This document shows positions 58,711 through 64,000 of a stretch of 64,000 bases of DNA, in pieces. The DNA comes from an uncultured cyanobacterium. GTDB taxonomy: Bacteria > Cyanobacteriota > Cyanobacteriia > Cyanobacteriales > CAWCAG01. Position 1 is the first letter of the stretch, and every line of letters starts with the position of its first letter. Below the pieces are notes generated by a model. That model was not told the origin of the DNA. It saw only the letters and a list, made by a program, of their open reading frames with translations, and ran no database searches. The stretch lies in the NCBI GenBank assembly GCA_963803805.1, contig CAWDOD010000004.1, positions 128,001 through 192,000 on the forward strand. Direction: 5' to 3'. Both the position numbers and the translations under genes were made by a program.

Positions 58711-60315
58711 TTAGTTTGGATTTTCTGTTTCTGGGTTAGATTCTGGGGCATTGGTATTGGGAGTGACATCTGAAGTTGTATCAGGAGTTAGCTCCGGATT
58801 TACTTCTGGTTCATTAAAAATTGTTCCCATGAAATTGGGATTAGCTAAAATTGCCCCTATCCCCACAGCTAAAACGCAGATAACACCACCTCCAATTATC
58901 AAAGGCCATTTGCGAGGGGAGGAATGGGTAGAGGAGATTTGTTGAGATTGTTGAGTCAAGTTTGGAGTTAGGACTGGTGGTGGTGAGGCTGTTTGAATTG
59001 GTTGAGGAGGTTGAGGAGCTTGAGGAGAGGCTGGTTGAGGAAGTGGCGTTGGTACATATTCCTGTAAATACTGCTGCTGTTGAGGAACAATCTTTTTTAC
59101 CATCAGTTGCTGTTGACCCAACTGCAAACGACTACCTGGAAACAACAGTACCTCACCAGTTGTTAGAGATTGTCCATTAACCACAGGGGGGTTCGTGGGC
59201 CGTAGATTCCTGACATAAAAGCTTTGCTGTTGCTGATTAAAATATATTTCTATATGTAAACCAGATACCGTTGGTGAAGATAAAATAAGATCACACCTGT
59301 TGCGATCGCGCCCTATACGAAAAGTGCCAGGATTTTTACTGGCTTGACCGTCTCTAATGGTTTGAGTTCTTAATTGAGAGGCTTCGAGCCATTGCAAAGT
59401 TAATTCATGGGGGGATCTAGCTTGTTCAGTAGGAGCAACAGCTTGATTTGCTAATTCCTCGACAGCCTGCAATGCCTCTACTGCTGAATGATAGCGTTGA
59501 CGGAAATTATAGCGCACCATTTTGTCTAAAATAGCTGCTAACCCAGGGCTGACTTGCACTTGACCACGCCAAATAATTTCCCTATTGTAGCCTTTTTGTA
59601 GTTCTTCAGGCAGACCACGTTCACTAGGGGGCCTTTTCCCAGTTAAGGCTTGAATGGCAATAATGCCCACCGCATAAATATCACTACTAAATTTGGGAGT
59701 TCCCCTAACCTGTTCACTGGGCATATAACCAGGAGTACCGATAATTGTGCCAATTCTTGTTTGTCCTTGGGTATTGAGGACTTGAGTGGCAGAAAATTCC
59801 TTGACTGCCCCAAAGTCAATTAAGACAATTTTGCTATCCTGCTTGCGTCGGATCAGATTGGGAGGTTTGATATCTCTGTGAACTATTTGGTTTTGATGAA
59901 CAAAAGCTAAGGGAGTTAAAATATCAATCAAAAGGGAAGTTACCTCTGATTCACTCCATTGCTTACCAAAGCTCAATTCTTGAGTTAGCTCATGGCCTTC
60001 GATGAATTCTTGCACCAAGTAAAATTCTTGCTCATTGCTAAAGTAGGTTAAAAGTGCTGGAATTTGCGGGTTGTTACCCAAACGACCTAATATCTTTGCT
60101 TCGGCTTCAAATAAGCGTTGTGCCACCTCTAAAATTTCTGGACTAGGTACTTGGGGTTTGAGTTGCTTGACAACACATTTAGCCTCAAATCGTTTGATGT
60201 CTTCAGCTATATAGGTTTTACCAAATCCACCAGAGCCTAAGATTTCGATGACACGGTAACGGTTGTCTAACAAATGGTCTAACATAGTGCCAACCCCTTT
60301 TCCATCTTTTCCCAT
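58711..60315 (-). CDS. Ser/Thr protein kinase with FHA domain and C-terminal TM helix
   Basis: LGSGGFG, HRDIKPPN, DFG, GTPGY; FHA IGRD...VSGLH; Pro/Gln linker; TM helix; alternative ATG at 60285. Confidence 0.93.
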   Translation of the reverse strand: MGKDGKGVGTMLDHLLDNRYRVIEILGSGGFGKTYIAEDIKRFEAKCVVKQLKPQVPSPEILEVAQRLFEAEAKILGRLGNNPQIPALLTYFSNEQEFYLVQEFIEGHELTQELSFGKQWSESEVTSLLIDILTPLAFVHQNQIVHRDIKPPNLIRRKQDSKIVLIDFGAVKEFSATQVLNTQGQTRIGTIIGTPGYMPSEQVRGTPKFSSDIYAVGIIAIQALTGKRPPSERGLPEELQKGYNREIIWRGQVQVSPGLAAILDKMVRYNFRQRYHSAVEALQAVEELANQAVAPTEQARSPHELTLQWLEASQLRTQTIRDGQASKNPGTFRIGRDRNRCDLILSSPTVSGLHIEIYFNQQQQSFYVRNLRPTNPPVVNGQSLTTGEVLLFPGSRLQLGQQQLMVKKIVPQQQQYLQEYVPTPLPQPASPQAPQPPQPIQTASPPPVLTPNLTQQSQQISSTHSSPRKWPLIIGGGVICVLAVGIGAILANPNFMGTIFNEPEVNPELTPDTTSDVTPNTNAPESNPETENPN

Positions 60316-60335
60316 TAGCTTTTGATATAAAGATT

Positions 60336-62576
60336 TTAGCTTCTAGCTTGAGCTGCGATCGCAGCTTGATAGAGAGATTGAATAGTTGTTCCTTGGTGAG
60401 GAGATTGGGCGATCGCCCAATTACAAGTAACTTGAAAGCGTGTACCATCAGGGGCAGTGAAAATTTGCTGTCTGAGGTTTTTCAGGAGGATTGCTAAGCG
60501 ATCCCTAGCTTGTTGGCTATTCATACCGGGAATACCAACAACAAATTCCCCATAACCCCAATATCCCACCACCTCATGATTACCAAAAGTGTTTTGAAAT
60601 AAGCGCCCCCAACTTTGTAAAATTTGATTTCCGGTTTGATGCCCGTAGTTAAGATTAATTTCCGGCAATTCAGCTATGGTTAATAGGGCTAAACAAACAG
60701 GTTGCTGTTGCAGTAAACTTACTAAGTTGCTGCTAGAAGCAGCATAACCCGCTAATCCTGTCAGGGCATCTTTGCCAGAAAAGTTTTTTAGTAGGCGGTT
60801 TCTTTCTAAGCGGTTGGTAATTCTGGTTAGTAATTCTGGGCCGATAATTGGTTTGGTGATGTAATCATCTGCCCCCGCAGTAAAGACTTGTTGCACTGTT
60901 TCTCTATCTTGGTGGGCTGTGAGAAATAAGATGGGTAAATTTTGCCACTGGGGATCTGTACGTACTACTTGGCAAAGTTCAATGCCGTTAATTTCTGGCA
61001 TCTCTACATCTAAAATCAAGAGATCCGGCTTTTCTACATTAAGTATTTCCCAAAAGCATTCCGGTTTTTGCAATCCTGTCATCCTTATTCCCCAAGGAGT
61101 TAAAATTGTTTTCAAAGCCGCTAAAAAAGCAGGATCATCATCCACAACTAATATCTTCGTTGCTTGATCTTGATAACTTTGTAGTAATTGCTGCACAACC
61201 TGCCAAATTTGAGTTGCGGTAGTTGGTTTAACTAAAACACTGCTTCCGCCGCAACGGGCGACACTTACCCTATCTACCAACTCAGGATTGGAGGCTAAGA
61301 CAAGGGTAGGTATGGGGGGAGTGCGGCTAGCTAAATCTTTTAAGAGACTGAGACTCTCCTGCCATTCGCTAGATTCTGCAACGGTCAAAACCACTGCATC
61401 CGTTGCTTGAGTTTGCAATACCTCCCTTGCTGAAGTTAAGTTAGAAACCTGTTGCCAATTGCTTTGGCTTAACTGGGCTAATCCTTGTAACTGGGAACCC
61501 AACTCTTCATCACTATCAATAAATAACAATCTTGCGGTAGGAGTTGTTGGGGAAGCTGGCAAAGCTAACATTTCTCTTAACTGTTGCACCAACTCTAGTA
61601 ACCCTTCTCCTCCTTGAGTAACTTTCCCTGGCTTTTCCTGCAACAGCTTTTCAATTTGCCGTGCAGTTTTAGTGCCGGCCTCTTTATCAAACATACCAAG
61701 AACACCAGCTAATTTATGGGCTGCTTTTTGTGCTGATTGGTTTAACGCCAAAGAAGGTTTACCCTGCTGTATTGCAGTAGCAGCTTGTTGCAATGCCTCT
61801 AACCTTTCCATCATTAAGCCTTGATATTGCTGCCACATCTGGCCCATGGCTGCATCAAAACGTTGTTGTACAGAAGTATTTCCCACCTCACTACTTTCTT
61901 GAGGTAGCTTCGGATTCAGGCGATAACCAATGCCATAAACATTCTCAATCCAATCTGCAACACCCACCTCTTTCAACTTGCGCCGTAACCCTTTAACGTG
62001 TGCCTTAACACTTTCTTCTAGGGGAGGATCATCATAATTCCAAAGGCGTTCAATAATTTGCCCCCGACTAAATACTCGGGCCGGATTTCTTAATAATAAC
62101 TCCAACAAACTGTATTCCTTGGGGGTTAATTTTAAAGCTTGTTCCCCATAACTTACCTGACAACTATTAGGATCAAGAACTAATTTTCCCACTTCTAATA
62201 TAGGAGTAAAAGCAACTTCTCCCCGTCGTAATAAAGCCCTGACCCTAGCTTGCAACTCCCCTAAATCAAAAGGTTTAGTTAAATAATCATCAGCCCCGGC
62301 ATCAAGCCCCTTAATGCGCTCGGCCCTAGCATCTTGAGCCGTAATTAGTAAAATAGGGGTAGCACAACCTTCACTACGCAAACGTTGACACAAAGTAATA
62401 CCATCCAACCTTGGCAGCCCCACATCAATTACAATCAGTTCATAATGACTATCTTGGGCATACTCCCAACCTAACTGCCCATCTGCGGCTACATCCACAG
62501 TGTAGTGCTGACCCTCAAGAGATTTTACCAGCACCTGGATGAGAATTTCATCGTCCTCAATTAATAAGATTCGCAT
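60336..62576 (-). CDS. Multidomain response regulator REC-wHTH-Hpt-pseudoREC-REC-degenerate GGDEF (RcaC-like)
   Basis: LLIEDD/DVGLP/KPF, OmpR-type wHTH, AHKLAGVLG (Hpt), LILDVEMP, DALTGL...GYWGYGEF. Confidence 0.9.
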   Translation of the reverse strand: MRILLIEDDEILIQVLVKSLEGQHYTVDVAADGQLGWEYAQDSHYELIVIDVGLPRLDGITLCQRLRSEGCATPILLITAQDARAERIKGLDAGADDYLTKPFDLGELQARVRALLRRGEVAFTPILEVGKLVLDPNSCQVSYGEQALKLTPKEYSLLELLLRNPARVFSRGQIIERLWNYDDPPLEESVKAHVKGLRRKLKEVGVADWIENVYGIGYRLNPKLPQESSEVGNTSVQQRFDAAMGQMWQQYQGLMMERLEALQQAATAIQQGKPSLALNQSAQKAAHKLAGVLGMFDKEAGTKTARQIEKLLQEKPGKVTQGGEGLLELVQQLREMLALPASPTTPTARLLFIDSDEELGSQLQGLAQLSQSNWQQVSNLTSAREVLQTQATDAVVLTVAESSEWQESLSLLKDLASRTPPIPTLVLASNPELVDRVSVARCGGSSVLVKPTTATQIWQVVQQLLQSYQDQATKILVVDDDPAFLAALKTILTPWGIRMTGLQKPECFWEILNVEKPDLLILDVEMPEINGIELCQVVRTDPQWQNLPILFLTAHQDRETVQQVFTAGADDYITKPIIGPELLTRITNRLERNRLLKNFSGKDALTGLAGYAASSSNLVSLLQQQPVCLALLTIAELPEINLNYGHQTGNQILQSWGRLFQNTFGNHEVVGYWGYGEFVVGIPGMNSQQARDRLAILLKNLRQQIFTAPDGTRFQVTCNWAIAQSPHQGTTIQSLYQAAIAAQARS

Positions 62577-62789
62577 TTGTCATTTATTATTGAAAATGTA
62601 ATATTTATCATTCGCTATTCATATTATTTCTTCTCTATTTCTTCACGATCATTGCTTAAAAAGAAAATAGGTAATAGCTAAGTTATTAATGTTTATGAAA
62701 TTTCCCCCAGGCAAGCCTTGCCGAATTTAGTACATTTTATTACTTAATTACTAACCCTAGTCTCTGCTCCCTACTCCCTTGTTTTTCAA

Positions 62790-63230
62790 ATGAAGACTAC
62801 TACTATTTCTCAACTTACTACACAAAATAATTCTCTTGCTACAGAGGTCAAGGAAAATAAAGTCCAGAACAAATGTGTCTTAGTTATTGACGACGAAGAA
62901 GACGTGCGATCGCTCATTAAACTAGGGCTAGAATTACAAGCTAATTGGACTGTGTTAACTGCAAATTCTGGCCCAGAAGGTTTGAGTATCGCCATGACTA
63001 AACAACCGGATGTTATTCTTCTAGATTATATGATGCCAGGTTGGGATGGCCATCAAACCTTACAGCGCTTAAAAGAAAATTCTTTAACCAAGCAAATACC
63101 AGTCATCTTAACCACAGCCAAGATTCAAGCCCCTCATCAAGAAAGCTTTGCAGAACTTGATATTGCTGATATATTCACCAAACCATTACGTTTGTTGCAA
63201 CTAGCAGCAAGAATTTTGCAAGTTATTTAA
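62790..63230 (+). CDS. Single-domain response regulator
   Basis: VIDDE, LLDYMMP, TKP. Confidence 0.92.
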   Translation: MKTTTISQLTTQNNSLATEVKENKVQNKCVLVIDDEEDVRSLIKLGLELQANWTVLTANSGPEGLSIAMTKQPDVILLDYMMPGWDGHQTLQRLKENSLTKQIPVILTTAKIQAPHQESFAELDIADIFTKPLRLLQLAARILQVI

Positions 63231-63314
63231 TTGCTAGTTGCTAGTGCATCTTTATTAAGTTGATGGATAGTTTTTACCGTCAAGGATTACCCATTACCCA
63301 TTACCTTCCAAACC

Positions 63315-64000
63315 ATGTATAGAACCTTATTCCTCGCCGTTTTACTAATAAGTTTAGTTATCACAGAAAATCAAATTCAGCCAGCCCAATCAGAAATTGC
63401 CCTAGATTCATCTGCTCAGACTCATATGTCTTTAGCACCACTGCTAGATAATCTTGGTAGACATCACCACCCTATTTCTACCCAATCAAAACTAGCACAA
63501 CGCTACTTTGATCAAGGTTTAATCCTCACCTATGGCTTTAACCATGCTGAAGCAAAACGTTCTTTCCAAGAGGCTGCTAGACTAGATCCTGATTGTGCCA
63601 TGTGTTACTGGGGCATTGCTTTAGTTTTAGGACCAAATATTAATGCAGCTATGGAACCGGATACTGTGCCGGAAGCTTACGTTGCTTTACAAAAAGCTCA
63701 AGAATTAGCAAGTAACAGCAGCAAAAGAGAACAGGCTTATATTCAGGCTTTAAGCAAACGCTACCTAAACCACGACTTAAATGAGCGTGCAACCCTAGAT
63801 TTAGCCTATGCTAAAGCGATGGGCAAGGTAGCTAAAAAATATCCTGAAGATTTGGATGCAGCTACTTTATATGCAGAAGCTTTGATGGATACAACGCCCT
63901 GGGATTATTGGGTGGGAGGGGAACCCAAACCAGAAACAAAAGAAATTCTCACCACCTTAGAATCTGTTTTAGCTAAAAATCCTGACCATCCAGGAGCAAC
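63315..64000 (+). CDS. Secreted TPR-containing protein (5' part, runs off the window)
   Basis: MYRTLFLAVLLISLV...AQRYFDQGLILTYGFNHAEAKRSFQEAARLDPDCAMCYWGIALVLGPNINA; frame open to the window end. Confidence 0.85.
   Translation, partial: MYRTLFLAVLLISLVITENQIQPAQSEIALDSSAQTHMSLAPLLDNLGRHHHPISTQSKLAQRYFDQGLILTYGFNHAEAKRSFQEAARLDPDCAMCYWGIALVLGPNINAAMEPDTVPEAYVALQKAQELASNSSKREQAYIQALSKRYLNHDLNERATLDLAYAKAMGKVAKKYPEDLDAATLYAEALMDTTPWDYWVGGEPKPETKEILTTLESVLAKNPDHPGA

Noticed and set aside
1..64000. CRISPR array, and the many short antisense ORFs in the track (for example 2577-2801, 23675-24127, 29061-29342)
   Set aside because: No regularly spaced repeat-spacer units seen; the short ORFs overlap well-supported genes. 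HIP1 abundance is normal for cyanobacteria

Overview
Chromosomal window from a cyanobacterium (psbA, psbM, pex, hik2, and many HIP1 octamers GCGATCGC). It is mostly housekeeping and signalling genes (nadA, cofG, rph, purT, acs, serS, hisA, TolC family, alpha-amylase, S9 peptidase, Ser/Thr kinase, response regulators) plus tRNA-Ser(UGA) and tRNA-Phe(GAA). Accessory features: two translationally coupled ABC-ATPase + TOPRIM-like pairs (candidate defence systems, one truncated); a NERD nuclease-SF1 helicase-pentapeptide fusion that seems to start at AUU; a soluble UrtA/AmiC-PAS-PAS-adenylate cyclase; a compact c-di-AMP-riboswitch-like leader upstream of the circadian gene pex; tandem secreted alpha-solenoid paralogs; REP-like and HIP1-associated micro-repeats, two of which alter proteins; an IS4 remnant; and four 1-bp frameshifts that may be assembly errors. 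No CRISPR array, rRNA, integrase or intact transposase was seen. All family calls come from motif recognition by eye, not from database searches.
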